DNA from: a virus
Direction: 5' to 3' (one strand)
IMG/VR virus record: IMGVR_UViG_3300009314_000709
Coordinates: 1 to 64,000 of that record
DNA: 64,000 bases
Of this stretch, positions 18,122 to 28,304 are shown piece by piece. The number at the start of each line of letters is the position of its first letter. The first letter of the stretch is position 1. The notes under the pieces were generated by a model, which saw only the letters and a list, made by a program, of their open reading frames with translations, had not been told where the DNA came from and ran no database searches. Made by a program: the position numbers and the translations under genes.

Positions 18122-18361
18122 GTGACTGAGTTTATTCGTGAGCTAGAGATAAAAGAGCTAATAGATAAGCTAGTTCAGCATGGTCATGGGGATATTGTTA
18201 ACGCCTTCTTGTTGAATGATACCAAATGCTACACAAAGAAGGGTCGCTTAAACAAGAGCGGTGCTTGCCGTGTCCTAGATTTCAAGCCCAAACAACTTGA
18301 CGATACATTTGCCCTTATGCGCAAGTTGCTTGAGCCTGATTTATGCGAAGAAGAGAGTTAG
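18122..18361 (+). CDS. small HTH-like protein downstream of sigma factor
   Basis: SD GAGGAGG before GTG 18122; YTKKGRLNKSGACRVL. Confidence 0.6.
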   Translation: MTEFIRELEIKELIDKLVQHGHGDIVNAFLLNDTKCYTKKGRLNKSGACRVLDFKPKQLDDTFALMRKLLEPDLCEEES

Positions 18362-18922
18362 TTATTCTAGGTAAGCCCGATCATACCGCAAACTAATCTC
18401 CAAGAGAACTATCGACATGTCACCCATATCAAGGTCGCCGAAGTTGACCTCACGGGGGTAGCAGTTTTCAAACTTCCATTTTTCGGTGACTTTACCGCAG
18501 CCGTCGTACATGCACAAGACCGCATTTCGCTTAAAGAAGTCACCTCCATGTAAATTCGGGTCAAATACTGGTTTCCACTCTTCCCCTCCCTCCGGTTTGG
18601 GGTCGTAGGCTTGCTTCACCCACTCAAAGACTTTATTTTCGTTCGGACGAGTGTCATATAGTGTAAGTTGTAATGGCTTCCAATCTCCCATCACTGGATA
18701 GAAGATGTGTTGTACCAAATGCGAGACTTGCTGTTCTTTGAACTCCAATTGGGGACGAGCGGCTTTCAAAGGTGGCAAAGCATTGGAAACACCAGAAACG
18801 CCTTCGATTTGCAAGAGCCAACGGTTCTTAACTTTCGGGAAGCAGGCACCCATGCCTTCTAACCCAAAATCCAAGCCCATATTGTCTCTATCGGTACATG
18901 TCGGATAGGTCGGTGGCGGCAT
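18362..18922 (-). CDS. tail tube protein paralogue (gp19-like)
   Basis: AARP, W.PL.LT.YD, YDGCG...E.W....YP..VNFGDLD, LRYD. Confidence 0.85.
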   Translation of the reverse strand: MPPPTYPTCTDRDNMGLDFGLEGMGACFPKVKNRWLLQIEGVSGVSNALPPLKAARPQLEFKEQQVSHLVQHIFYPVMGDWKPLQLTLYDTRPNENKVFEWVKQAYDPKPEGGEEWKPVFDPNLHGGDFFKRNAVLCMYDGCGKVTEKWKFENCYPREVNFGDLDMGDMSIVLLEISLRYDRAYLE

Positions 18923-19591
18923 CTACAAACATCCTTCGCAGCATGGTGAGGGATCGACTCCACCGCATCCTACGATGTACTTAACTTGTGAGTATCGTAA
19001 AGTCATTTCGATATCGGCGATATTGGAAGAGCTATAATCTAGGTCGTTAAAGTTAACAGCCTGTGGCCAGGCATCTAGTAAGGTCCAGATTTCCATCACC
19101 GTGCCGCAGCCATCATACATGGTGAGCGTGGCTTTGCCGCTGAACCCTGTTCTTTTAGATGACATCTTCTTCGATGTCGGTTCGTTGAAATCATACACGG
19201 CAAGCAGCCACGAGAGAACCTGGACTCCATTACCTTTGTTGGAGTCCAGGAACGTCACGGTAACTGGTTCCCAGGTTGCCTTGCCGGGTATCCACGTTCT
19301 GTCGTTTAGGAAGTTTATCTCGATCTCTTCAAACGAGATACTAGGACGTGCTGCGACCTTGACAAAGTGTGGGTCAATTCGGAAGGAACAGTCATAGCCC
19401 TCTACCTCAAACGTCCACCTGAATTTAGTCTTGAAGACAGTTTGAGGATCACCTATACCGACAGAGCCGATACCCATGCCTTGAGAAGCGGGGTTAAAGC
19501 CTGCCATGTACGTCCTCAACAGTGTGTAATCGACATCTACGTACTCTCGTCTTAGATCAATCCATCGTTTCCAGTTGTTGACTTCTTTCAC
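18923..19591 (-). CDS. tail tube protein paralogue (gp19-like); alternative start 19507
   Basis: KFRWT, VKVAARP, WIPGKATWE, WPQAVNF.DLDYSSS. Confidence 0.88.
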   Translation of the reverse strand: MKEVNNWKRWIDLRREYVDVDYTLLRTYMAGFNPASQGMGIGSVGIGDPQTVFKTKFRWTFEVEGYDCSFRIDPHFVKVAARPSISFEEIEINFLNDRTWIPGKATWEPVTVTFLDSNKGNGVQVLSWLLAVYDFNEPTSKKMSSKRTGFSGKATLTMYDGCGTVMEIWTLLDAWPQAVNFNDLDYSSSNIADIEMTLRYSQVKYIVGCGGVDPSPCCEGCL

Positions 19592-19664
19592 CAGGTACGT
19601 ACATTTCCGCTTATACTACGCAGCTAAAACTAAGCTGCTCGTTTCCACTTTGGCTCGATTCCTA

Positions 19665-20291
19665 CTACGTGCAAGGGAAACAGCACGGGGTGTATTCCCA
19701 TTTCGGACAGTAGTGCTCGAAGTGTACCTGCGAGTACCTAAGCGTTAGCTCAATGTCGACGGTGTCGGATGAACTGTAGTCTAGGTCGCCAAAGTTAATG
19801 GCTTGCGGCCACGCATCCTCGAATACCCATACTTCTAGCAATTCACCACAACCATCCCATAACTTCAAAGTGGCTTCACCAGCGTAGTTAATACGCTTAC
19901 TGTTCATGTACTTGCGGGTTGGCCTTGTGAAGTCAAAGACATTGGTGAGCCAGTCATACAAACCTAGGTTGCCACCAGCGGCGTCACCTGATAGATGTCC
20001 TGCGACATCCATATACGTGACCGTGATGGCTTCCCAGCTTGCTTTTCCTGGAATCCATGTCTTATCATTGAGGAAGTTAATTTCTGTTTCCTCGAATGAC
20101 AGGTTAGGTCGGGCCGCTACTTTAACAAAGTAAGGCGGGACACTAAATTGACAATCACCTGTGCCCAAAATCTCTAGCGTCCAACGGAACTTCCGTTTGT
20201 AAACTACTTGGGGATCACCAACACCAACTGGTCCGATGCCCATACCTTGCGAGTTGGGATCAAAACCTGAGTAACCAGACATAGTTGGCAT
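19665..20291 (-). CDS. tail tube protein (gp19-like)
   Basis: directly after sheath; KRKFRWT, WIPGKASWE, WPQAINFGDLDYSSS. Confidence 0.9.
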   Translation of the reverse strand: MPTMSGYSGFDPNSQGMGIGPVGVGDPQVVYKRKFRWTLEILGTGDCQFSVPPYFVKVAARPNLSFEETEINFLNDKTWIPGKASWEAITVTYMDVAGHLSGDAAGGNLGLYDWLTNVFDFTRPTRKYMNSKRINYAGEATLKLWDGCGELLEVWVFEDAWPQAINFGDLDYSSSDTVDIELTLRYSQVHFEHYCPKWEYTPCCFPCT

Positions 20292-20327
20292 AATCAATCT
20301 CTCCTATCGGTTATGTTTAGTTGGTCG

Positions 20328-22661
20328 TTAAAAAGTATCAGCGTTTTCGCTGAACGAACCAGTGCGGTGAATCGAGAAGTCGATAAAGATGAATTCGACT
20401 GCTCGGGTTGGTTGAACACCAATTCTCGCCCGCAACTCGTTCCTATCGATTACATCGGGCGGATTCAACTCTTCATCACATTGGACTCGATAATCCGTGA
20501 GTCCTCTCTTGCCCTTGACTTCTTCCAAAACCAGTTCAGCCATGTCGACGAACTGTTGTCGCAAGATATCATCGTGGGGCTCGAAGAGGAGCAAACGACT
20601 TCGGCGAGCGATCTGTTTCTCAATGTAGATCATCATACGACGCACATTGACACGATCCAAAGCGGTCGGTCGTCGTTGTAGCGTCTTCTGGCCGAAGACC
20701 ACGAAATCCTGAATGTCACTGAATTGCACAATTGGGTTAACAGCGTTCCTGTTTCCATACATCTGGTCTCGTTCTTCGAGGCTAGGTCGTGAAAACACAT
20801 CTGAGATGTTAGGAACGATACCACGGGTTAAACCAGCGGGAGCAAACCACGGGGCTGATAGGTCATCAGATCGTGCATAGACAGCTAGAACCGAACCAGA
20901 CGGTGGAACCCACACATCAATTCGGTTGGTTGTGTCACGGTATCTCAACCACGGCCAATACATCGCACCAAAGTCATTATCGAATCGGGTCAGGTTGAGT
21001 GGGTGCACACCGTTCTGCCAGTCCACAATCTCATTGACCGTGAGCCCAAACGGTGGGTCGACGATAGTGAAGCAATCCATTCGCACGTCCCGGCACATTC
21101 GCAACTGTTCTACAATGACATCAGTTGACGCATGGCCTGGGCAGCAGAGAATATCAATATCGACTTGCTCTGGGTCGGACAAAGACCACATACCAGTCAT
21201 ACCCAGTTCGTTTCCGATAATTAGCGCATCCTGTTCTTCGGGATCAGAAGGGATGCCGTCGCTGCCACCAGAAAGATCATAGGTGCCAGCTACCGGGCTT
21301 GCTGGGTTAGCTGTGTTGTCCGTTACACGAATGAAGTCACTCACGAGTGACATGTACGATTCAACATAGAATCGGCTTGTATCATCCTTAGTCAGGCCAC
21401 CCCATGCTTCAACTTCAGCACCATTGCTAAAGATATTGAATTGGAATGTGCCATCTAGCGAGTTGTTTTCAATAACAACTTGCGTTTCATTGCCTTCAAT
21501 GCCAGGCGAGTCAGCGTCGAGGGTGAAGCTAATACCACCCGAACCTTCGGCCAAACCATTAGCTCGACCGACAGTATGAATGTCAGCATCACCAGTGGCT
21601 CCGATTGGGCTAACGCCTTCGGCGGTAATGTTAGCCAAACCAAAAATGGTATCGGCTGTGCTGGCTACCTTGACAAGCAGCTTAGAATCACGTCCAAAAG
21701 TGTCTGTCGTCAAAACCAAGTTCCCAGCACCTGTTGCCGAGGCAGTAAAGCCTTGGGCCTGGGAGTTGATTTCAAGTACGATGTCGGCAATAGCGGCATC
21801 CGTGTCTTCCAAGTCAGCGAGGTCGATGACTTGAACAATATCGTCAATCAATACGTTGTCCGTACCTTCCATGACGACTTGCAAGTTCAAATCAGCCAAG
21901 CCAGTGAAGTCATACTGCCCATCCGTCTGATATGCAGTATTTGGATATTTGGTCGCCGTTCCGGTGACTGACGCCTGCTCCATTCCTGTACCAAGGCCGC
22001 TCACATTGCCACCGGCAACGGAGTCACCGTACATAGAACCAGAGACAGAAACCATTTCGAGTTCGGCGTCTGGACCATAAGCCCATGTTGTCCGCACGGC
22101 GATCTTGTCCCCGGTAGAGTTGTAGAACTCAATTCCGTCAATGTCGGAGTCAAGCTGGTCATTCAACTCTGTTACGAGTTCGTCAGTTGTGTAAGTATCC
22201 GCCAGGACAACCAAGGTCTTGCTCGAAAGCCTTGTGTTAAGTCTCCATCGGAAGAATGCACTATCGGAAAACGTATAGGGTCCAGCCGTATCCGACTCGA
22301 TCTGTACAGTCGAGCCAGACGCAGAAACGTCCACACTCGCCGTTTGTGCTTGCTCGTCACTTACCGGGCTTTCGTCAGCTACACGCACAACGTACAGTTC
22401 GTTTGCCACAAGCAGATACTGCTCGCAAGCATAGATGAGGTACGGGTCGCTCTCATCAGGATGAGGATACCCAAACGTGCGGTGTAGTTCTCGTCTTGTT
22501 TGAATTAGCGTTGGTAAATTGATCGGGCCTTTACTGGCGAAGCCAACAAGTCCTGCCCGGTGTGGACTTGGGTTCGGCAGAATCAGACTCAAATCAGTTT
22601 CCTTGATCCGAACACTAGGGCTAATTGTATTGCTCGGTGGAAATCCCCTTAGAAGCGGCAT
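20328..22661 (-). CDS. contractile tail sheath protein (gp18-like)
   Basis: SPSVRIKE.DLS, GFASKGP, YWPW, PPSG, PWFAPAG..RG, GQKTLQ, DRVNVRR, FEP.D. Confidence 0.96.
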   Translation of the reverse strand: MPLLRGFPPSNTISPSVRIKETDLSLILPNPSPHRAGLVGFASKGPINLPTLIQTRRELHRTFGYPHPDESDPYLIYACEQYLLVANELYVVRVADESPVSDEQAQTASVDVSASGSTVQIESDTAGPYTFSDSAFFRWRLNTRLSSKTLVVLADTYTTDELVTELNDQLDSDIDGIEFYNSTGDKIAVRTTWAYGPDAELEMVSVSGSMYGDSVAGGNVSGLGTGMEQASVTGTATKYPNTAYQTDGQYDFTGLADLNLQVVMEGTDNVLIDDIVQVIDLADLEDTDAAIADIVLEINSQAQGFTASATGAGNLVLTTDTFGRDSKLLVKVASTADTIFGLANITAEGVSPIGATGDADIHTVGRANGLAEGSGGISFTLDADSPGIEGNETQVVIENNSLDGTFQFNIFSNGAEVEAWGGLTKDDTSRFYVESYMSLVSDFIRVTDNTANPASPVAGTYDLSGGSDGIPSDPEEQDALIIGNELGMTGMWSLSDPEQVDIDILCCPGHASTDVIVEQLRMCRDVRMDCFTIVDPPFGLTVNEIVDWQNGVHPLNLTRFDNDFGAMYWPWLRYRDTTNRIDVWVPPSGSVLAVYARSDDLSAPWFAPAGLTRGIVPNISDVFSRPSLEERDQMYGNRNAVNPIVQFSDIQDFVVFGQKTLQRRPTALDRVNVRRMMIYIEKQIARRSRLLLFEPHDDILRQQFVDMAELVLEEVKGKRGLTDYRVQCDEELNPPDVIDRNELRARIGVQPTRAVEFIFIDFSIHRTGSFSENADTF

Positions 22662-22662
22662 G

Positions 22663-22896
22663 TTATCTCTCCTTCTTGTGGGCTTCTTCGTTACTCTGTA
22701 TTTGTCTGGTCGTTAATAGTCCCCATTTGACATTTCGGTCTAAATACTCACTCACTACTCGCTCGTCTTCGAGTAGAACCGTCTTACGTCCTGGGATATT
22801 AAGAACTGTCATGGCCTTAGCGTGTTCTCGCCTGTCGGAAAACGACCTAACTACCAATTGCACTGGGCCAGGCGTTTTGTTTCGGACTTCAATCAT
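22663..22896 (-). CDS. small tail-module protein
   Basis: 77-aa ORF between gp15-like gene and sheath. Confidence 0.65.
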   Translation of the reverse strand: MIEVRNKTPGPVQLVVRSFSDRREHAKAMTVLNIPGRKTVLLEDERVVSEYLDRNVKWGLLTTRQIQSNEEAHKKER

Positions 22897-23936
22897 ATAT
22901 CCTCTCCTACAGCTTCTTCTATTCTTGCTATAACGTTTGCCACGTCTTGGTCAGTAATACTGTCCAAAATCTCAGTTCTTGTCTTTAGTACGGCCTTTCG
23001 CCTCACTATTGGCTGAGGTATATATGACTCAGCCGTTAAGTTAATTTGGAACTTAAACACACGTTTGTTCGTGTCCCCAGGTTCTGTATCTACGTTATTA
23101 CTAACCGAGTCGATCCTAACCGTACTTTCCCAGTTGGTAACACCATGTATCCTTATATACGCAAGTGGACTAAATTTCGTAGCGATCTGTTCTAGTATTT
23201 GATTCATATCTTCCCAGAACATTGTCCAGATAGTTAACGTATATCCTAGATCAACAGGAATCCCTCGTGTCATACCAAGCACTGTGTCGTGCTCGTGTTT
23301 CCATTCCCTGTGTGTCCAACTAGGCGACCCGCCAATCATGCCAACAGGATGACCTTGATCGTTGTATCGTTGAACGCCACGTTTGTAATCAACTGCCTTG
23401 TGATAGATGTATCGCTCACGAGGAAAACTGTAATCAGAAGTGTAGATGGACATCATCGGTAGGATGATGCGATCTGCTACCCCGGTGTTATCCTTTCGCA
23501 CATTGGTTTGAAGAATGACTGCAACGGCCCGCTCTTGAGAACCCCACACAATTGGGACACGGAACACCTTGCCTCGCTCGTCTGCTACATTGACGTTTTG
23601 GAAGAGCTTCCAAACCGATTCATCAATAGCACGATATCCCTTCGAGTATCTGTAGATCACAGATCGATCTGGTGGCAACTTCGGAGCATCTACCTCCTCG
23701 AATATTGTGCCTCTTAACATCGGATCACAATAATTCGGTTCGCCTAATCCTTCCTGGAGAGCCATCAAATCAGCATCAAGACCTTCAAATGAAGCGTTCG
23801 GAGCATGATGAAGATTCTCAAGTCCTTCACACGACCTAAACTGCGCAACATCTTCACAGTTCTGTGCATGTGGCTCTTTCACATTTCGATCTGACTGACG
23901 AGGTTCAGCACATTCGTTCAGTGATTTCTCAGGCAT
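22893..23936 (-). CDS. tail terminator / sheath stabiliser (gp15-like)
   Basis: VPI.WGS.ER, LPMMSI, PVDL.Y.L.IWT...EDMNQILEQI...FSP. Confidence 0.82.
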   Translation of the reverse strand: MPEKSLNECAEPRQSDRNVKEPHAQNCEDVAQFRSCEGLENLHHAPNASFEGLDADLMALQEGLGEPNYCDPMLRGTIFEEVDAPKLPPDRSVIYRYSKGYRAIDESVWKLFQNVNVADERGKVFRVPIVWGSQERAVAVILQTNVRKDNTGVADRIILPMMSIYTSDYSFPRERYIYHKAVDYKRGVQRYNDQGHPVGMIGGSPSWTHREWKHEHDTVLGMTRGIPVDLGYTLTIWTMFWEDMNQILEQIATKFSPLAYIRIHGVTNWESTVRIDSVSNNVDTEPGDTNKRVFKFQINLTAESYIPQPIVRRKAVLKTRTEILDSITDQDVANVIARIEEAVGEDI

Positions 23937-24010
23937 TTTTCTCCTTTACAGAAGGTATTTATCGCCCCAACATTAAAACTCAATGTTATTAACATCATTG
24001 GAGATATGGC

Positions 24011-24700
24011 ATGATCCTAGAACACGACGGTGAGATCGTAAAAGACCTAAGATTTGACGAAACGCTCTGCAACGTGAGCAATGATCCTCAAGCGTGGCAA
24101 TTCAAAGAGGTTTACGATGCTGCCACACTTGGGTTCGAGATTGTCTGGCCTTATGACGATTGGATAGTGACTAAGAACTCACTTAAATTTTCGCCCGAGG
24201 TAAACTGTCAAGTAATGTCTGACAAGTTGTTCGCTATACGCTTTCCTTCACACGTACGTGTGAAGGAAAGCTACAACCTAATGATCTTTCCACACCACAC
24301 TTGTTTCTTTGCAATGAGTTCCTGGGGAACACACGACACACCAATCGCCATCCCACAAATAATAGAAGCCGACTGGTGGCCGGGGCATCTACAGGTTGTC
24401 TTTGTGAGGCGAAAGGCGAAGTTCGAGAAGGGAAGACCTATTGCGCAGGGTTTGGTCATTCCTAGGCGAGACATATCATTGAAGGAGATGGATAAAGACC
24501 GGAAGGAGCAACTAAAGGCTTCTTGGGAATTCATTCAACATCACAAGGACGAACTCATTACACGTAAAGTTGAGATTGATAACTTCGCCACACAAGACAA
24601 CCTTTACGCTAGGCTTTCGCAACTGAACAGTTCTGGTTTATTGCCTCCTCAAATCAAAGAGCGAAAAAACGAACCTAGCTTGAGGTTGTCATGGAAGTAG
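24011..24700 (+). CDS. hypothetical protein (DUF6065-like)
   Basis: G.EI.WP.D, IIE.DWWP, F.KG.PIAQ...IPR. Confidence 0.5.
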   Translation: MILEHDGEIVKDLRFDETLCNVSNDPQAWQFKEVYDAATLGFEIVWPYDDWIVTKNSLKFSPEVNCQVMSDKLFAIRFPSHVRVKESYNLMIFPHHTCFFAMSSWGTHDTPIAIPQIIEADWWPGHLQVVFVRRKAKFEKGRPIAQGLVIPRRDISLKEMDKDRKEQLKASWEFIQHHKDELITRKVEIDNFATQDNLYARLSQLNSSGLLPPQIKERKNEPSLRLSWK

Positions 24701-24880
24701 GACTAGGGCTTCACAGATTCCCTCAGTTGCGTCCTCCCACTATTAACGGCCAACACATTCCGCCGAATTACAGAGTAAGTACGCACATTGTAGAACGGTT
24801 CCCGATATTAAGATTGACGCCACGTTGCTTCTTTAGTGATCTCCATCCTATCCCAAGGATCAGGTATAGAGACAATAGAA

Positions 24881-25420
24881 TCAGTCAATATCGAACGACG
24901 GGCTAGGATCGGTGTCGTGCGTCACTCGGCCTTCCCCGGTTGTCAACGACTCTTGGAATCGTTGACAATGAATTTCGATGCGGTACACCTTCCATCTGTG
25001 GAAGTCACCAAGTTTACGATCAATGATCTCCCAATGCTCCTTCAGGTGCGGAGTGAAAATACGAGAGCCAATGATTGGAAGATGGTCTAGCTTGTCGATG
25101 GTATCCTGGTAGTTTGTACTGAACACCATAGTGTCCGGTCCATCAATACCAAACAAGCCTTGCTCGAACTGGCTTGGGATTGGGTCATATACGCCCCAAA
25201 TTTCGACGGGGTGTTGTGACCAGAGCTTATCTCTGCTCTCAAGGTACAACTTGTCAATGTTAGTGATGAATACTTCATAGTACAACAAAGGCGTTCCTCC
25301 TGCACGAATTGCTTCTTGGTCCCAAAGATTGAACAAGTCGTGCGAAGGACTGTCTGGGATTAACTGACTCAATTCACCAGTGAGTTTATAGACTGTGCCG
25401 TCTTTGTTATACAGTGCCAT
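24881..25420 (-). CDS. neck / head-closure protein (gp14-like)
   Basis: D.LYLE.R.K, FGID..D...F, P.IGSRI.TPH...WEI; in neck module. Confidence 0.7.
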   Translation of the reverse strand: MALYNKDGTVYKLTGELSQLIPDSPSHDLFNLWDQEAIRAGGTPLLYYEVFITNIDKLYLESRDKLWSQHPVEIWGVYDPIPSQFEQGLFGIDGPDTMVFSTNYQDTIDKLDHLPIIGSRIFTPHLKEHWEIIDRKLGDFHRWKVYRIEIHCQRFQESLTTGEGRVTHDTDPSPSFDID

Positions 25421-25422
25421 GA

Positions 25423-25827
25423 TTACGCCAACTCAATACCTGGAGTGATAGCGATCTGTCCTCCACCACTTGGTAGCAAGAATGGGGCGGCGTCAAAACG
25501 TTCAGACCACAACAGGTTTGTGCTCGCATTGTCAGTGACATAATAACCATACACATCTGCGGTACCCGCAAAACTGAATACCTGTTGGGCGTACGAAGCT
25601 GTAGTCGTACCTGCTGCCGTAGCCACGGTCCACGATGCGCCGGTTAGTGTGGCAGCGGTGTAAGATGAATCGGCCGCTTCGTCGCCGCTGTAATCGCCAA
25701 TAATGTCATCCTCAGCAGGCGTAATGTCCGAAACGAATAAATGCATTTTCACGTCTGTAGGCGCTGTGTGGTTAAGCATGTACTTCAGTAACAGCACTTC
25801 GCCAACATCTGGGCAAACAATTGTCAT
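25423..25827 (-). CDS. putative virion structural protein
   Basis: LF..D.TP...D, Y....L....W, VYGYYV, LLW.ERF pattern. Confidence 0.6.
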   Translation of the reverse strand: MTIVCPDVGEVLLLKYMLNHTAPTDVKMHLFVSDITPAEDDIIGDYSGDEAADSSYTAATLTGASWTVATAAGTTTASYAQQVFSFAGTADVYGYYVTDNASTNLLWSERFDAAPFLLPSGGGQIAITPGIELA

Positions 25828-25902
25828 TCTCTGACAACCTTTCTTATTTGGTAGTTTCTAGTCTATCTATCTAGGTATGAAGTGTTTTTGAAAGGTCGGT
25901 AA

Positions 25903-26562
25903 ATGCCACTACGAAGAAAAGACGGTAGCCTTTATCGTTTACGAGGGCCAAACAAGCTCTTGTTGCAACAAAACTTCTGGCACGATGATGAACCTATTCG
26001 GGTTCTCAACTTCAATCAGCTTGCGAAAGCGATCATTGATATCGATGCGCCGAAAAGGATTCCTGTTAAAAAAGAGGAAGCCCCAACAACGAAAGAAGGG
26101 ATCGACCGTATTATTGATTCAATAGACGAAATATCGAGTGTCGTGTTGGAAGAACCGGAGATAAAGCCACCGAAACCGAAACCGAAACCAGAGCCAAAAA
26201 AAGAACCAGAGGCGGCAACCAACGAACCCATTGTTCCGAGCAGCTTCCGTCAGTTAGATCGTCAATTATTGTACTGCCTGCCAGCAAAAGTAACGAAGTA
26301 TAAAGATGAACTGTACGGAGACGAAATAGTCAGATTAGAATACGAAGACCCATTCCGGTTCCAAGGCACGATTGCATCTTCTTCTGACACCAACATAGTC
26401 TATTGGACAACTGTTCCGCATGTAACCGAACGATCCATTATCTACCATTCTTCTCGGTATCGATGGTGGAAAGTTGATAAGGTCTTGCCTGATCCTATGG
26501 GAGATGGAACTGTTTTGCGGTGCATTCCATCTGATTTGAAACCCGATTTCAGCCACTCTTAG
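25903..26562 (+). CDS. putative head-completion protein, N-terminus similar to 24881-25420
   Basis: MPLRRKDGSLYRLRG vs MALYNKDGTVYKLTG; DELYGDE motif. Confidence 0.55.
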   Translation: MPLRRKDGSLYRLRGPNKLLLQQNFWHDDEPIRVLNFNQLAKAIIDIDAPKRIPVKKEEAPTTKEGIDRIIDSIDEISSVVLEEPEIKPPKPKPKPEPKKEPEAATNEPIVPSSFRQLDRQLLYCLPAKVTKYKDELYGDEIVRLEYEDPFRFQGTIASSSDTNIVYWTTVPHVTERSIIYHSSRYRWWKVDKVLPDPMGDGTVLRCIPSDLKPDFSHS

Positions 26563-26825
26563 TTCAAAGAAGGTGGAGAAATCTTCACATTCATACCACG
26601 GTTGTGCATAACCTCGTTAACGCCATCAATAGCCTTCTGATAACCAGCGCCGTATACTTTGCCCAGTAGATTTATCACGTTCTTAGCATCGGTTTCAGTG
26701 ACAAGACTATGCGCAATACGATCTGCAATTTCATCCAAGTCTGTTGTGTATGCACCCGCACCGACCATTTCAAAGAGGTACTTCTTAATTGCTCTGCCGT
26801 AAGGATTCAGATGTGGTAGTTGCAT
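26559..26825 (-). CDS. hypothetical protein
   Basis: 88-aa ORF, Y.AGY.KA motif. Confidence 0.65.
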   Translation of the reverse strand: MQLPHLNPYGRAIKKYLFEMVGAGAYTTDLDEIADRIAHSLVTETDAKNVINLLGKVYGAGYQKAIDGVNEVMHNRGMNVKISPPSLN

Positions 26826-26871
26826 AGTTCACCTACGCATAATGTAGTTTGCGTTCCTATATATCTGTGCT

Positions 26872-27774
26872 ATGACTACTTCATGCCCACAACAAATGCG
26901 ATTAAGCATCACAGCTACTACGAAAAATACCGAGCCATGTGGCTCTGGGAACATAAACTGCACTGATTTGAATCCCGTAGGATGTCAGTGCAATGAATCG
27001 ATTATTGGCCCTCGCAACAATCGTGAGAACGTGCGAGGGCAACTTCACGATTATATCTTGGCAAAGCTAGGTGCACCTGCGATAGAACTCGAACTGGATG
27101 AACAGCAACTCGATATTTCCATTGATGAAGCACTAGATGTCTGGGAAGACTACGCCCCAAGGGACTTCTACCAATATTACACATTCACAACTATCCCTGG
27201 TACAAGCGTTTATCAAATGCCACCCGAAATAGGACATATCAGACAAGTGTACTATAAGGAAATGGCACAGTTCGCTTTCCAATCAACAGACCTAGACGGG
27301 GCAATTCCAGTTGAGTACTTCTACCCAGGTGGTGCGTACACAAGTATCCAAGGCGGCCTCATAGACCCCATTCAACCTATCTGGGGACGCATGGGAGAAT
27401 GGGCGTTATACAAGCAGTACGAACAAATGTACTCAAAATTGTCTTCTAACCTTGGCGGTTGGGAGTGGGTTGGCGGCCGGAACACAATTAAACTCTACCC
27501 AATACCATGTAAACCACAAACAGTCATTGTCCACTACCTACAGAAGTGTAAAGACTGGGAGTGTAACTACCAGTCTATTCGTGAAGGTGCTTTGGCTTCG
27601 GCTATGATGATGGTGGGTGAGATTCGCAGCAAGTTCCAAACAATCCCTGGGCCTATGGGTGGCACGGTATTAAATGGCCAAGATATCTTGCAGCGAGGGA
27701 AAGAGATGTGGGACAGATGGGAAGAGCGGCTAATAGATAGGTACGGCGATATCTTAATGATCCTTGTAGGTTAG
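26872..27774 (+). CDS. neck / head-tail adaptor protein (gp13-like)
   Basis: YIL..LGAP.IE.ELDE.QL...IDEAL; GEIRSKF..IPGP.GG.VLNG. Confidence 0.85.
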   Translation: MTTSCPQQMRLSITATTKNTEPCGSGNINCTDLNPVGCQCNESIIGPRNNRENVRGQLHDYILAKLGAPAIELELDEQQLDISIDEALDVWEDYAPRDFYQYYTFTTIPGTSVYQMPPEIGHIRQVYYKEMAQFAFQSTDLDGAIPVEYFYPGGAYTSIQGGLIDPIQPIWGRMGEWALYKQYEQMYSKLSSNLGGWEWVGGRNTIKLYPIPCKPQTVIVHYLQKCKDWECNYQSIREGALASAMMMVGEIRSKFQTIPGPMGGTVLNGQDILQRGKEMWDRWEERLIDRYGDILMILVG

Positions 27775-27777
27775 ACT

Positions 27778-28302
27778 ATGGACTTTTATCAACTCGACGA
27801 AGCAACAACCAGATACAGTGTTGAAGTTAACTACCGCACTAATCTCAAAGAAGTGAAGGAAGGCTTCGCTAAAATGGTGCTGGGTTACGTAAGCGCCGCT
27901 TTGAAAGAGCGAGGCTTTCATGTGAAGAAGTATCTCGGAGAACATCCATATCGCCTCATCGTGTCTGCCCGCAACTGGGTAGATGGCGAGTGGGTACTGG
28001 TCGTGTCGTTCTATCCCAAGGAAGACTGTTTTGTCCTCTCCAAAGGCTTCTTCAACAAAGACCGAGATACCGTAACTGTCCAATCTAGCGAGCGATGCAA
28101 GGACGATTCCGCCGCCGATATCTTCCGCACAGTATTTAACAAGATGTCTAAACTGAAGGACGAACCAGATCACCACGTAGGTGGCTTGAAAGGCGTCAAA
28201 GGCAAAACAGGCCCCAAGAAGGGGTCAATGAGACCAACGCAGAGCTTTGAGAATCTTGCGAAATTCTTAAAACCATCACGTGAAGAGAAAATTGGAATGT
28301 GA
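27778..28302 (+). CDS. hypothetical protein
   Basis: 174-aa ORF starting MDFYQLDEA. Confidence 0.7.
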   Translation: MDFYQLDEATTRYSVEVNYRTNLKEVKEGFAKMVLGYVSAALKERGFHVKKYLGEHPYRLIVSARNWVDGEWVLVVSFYPKEDCFVLSKGFFNKDRDTVTVQSSERCKDDSAADIFRTVFNKMSKLKDEPDHHVGGLKGVKGKTGPKKGSMRPTQSFENLAKFLKPSREEKIGM

Positions 28303-28304
28303 TA

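Noticed and set aside
24691-24906. 71-aa plus-strand ORF filling the gap after 24011-24700
   Set aside because: May be real (GAGG upstream) but has no recognisable feature, so it was not called
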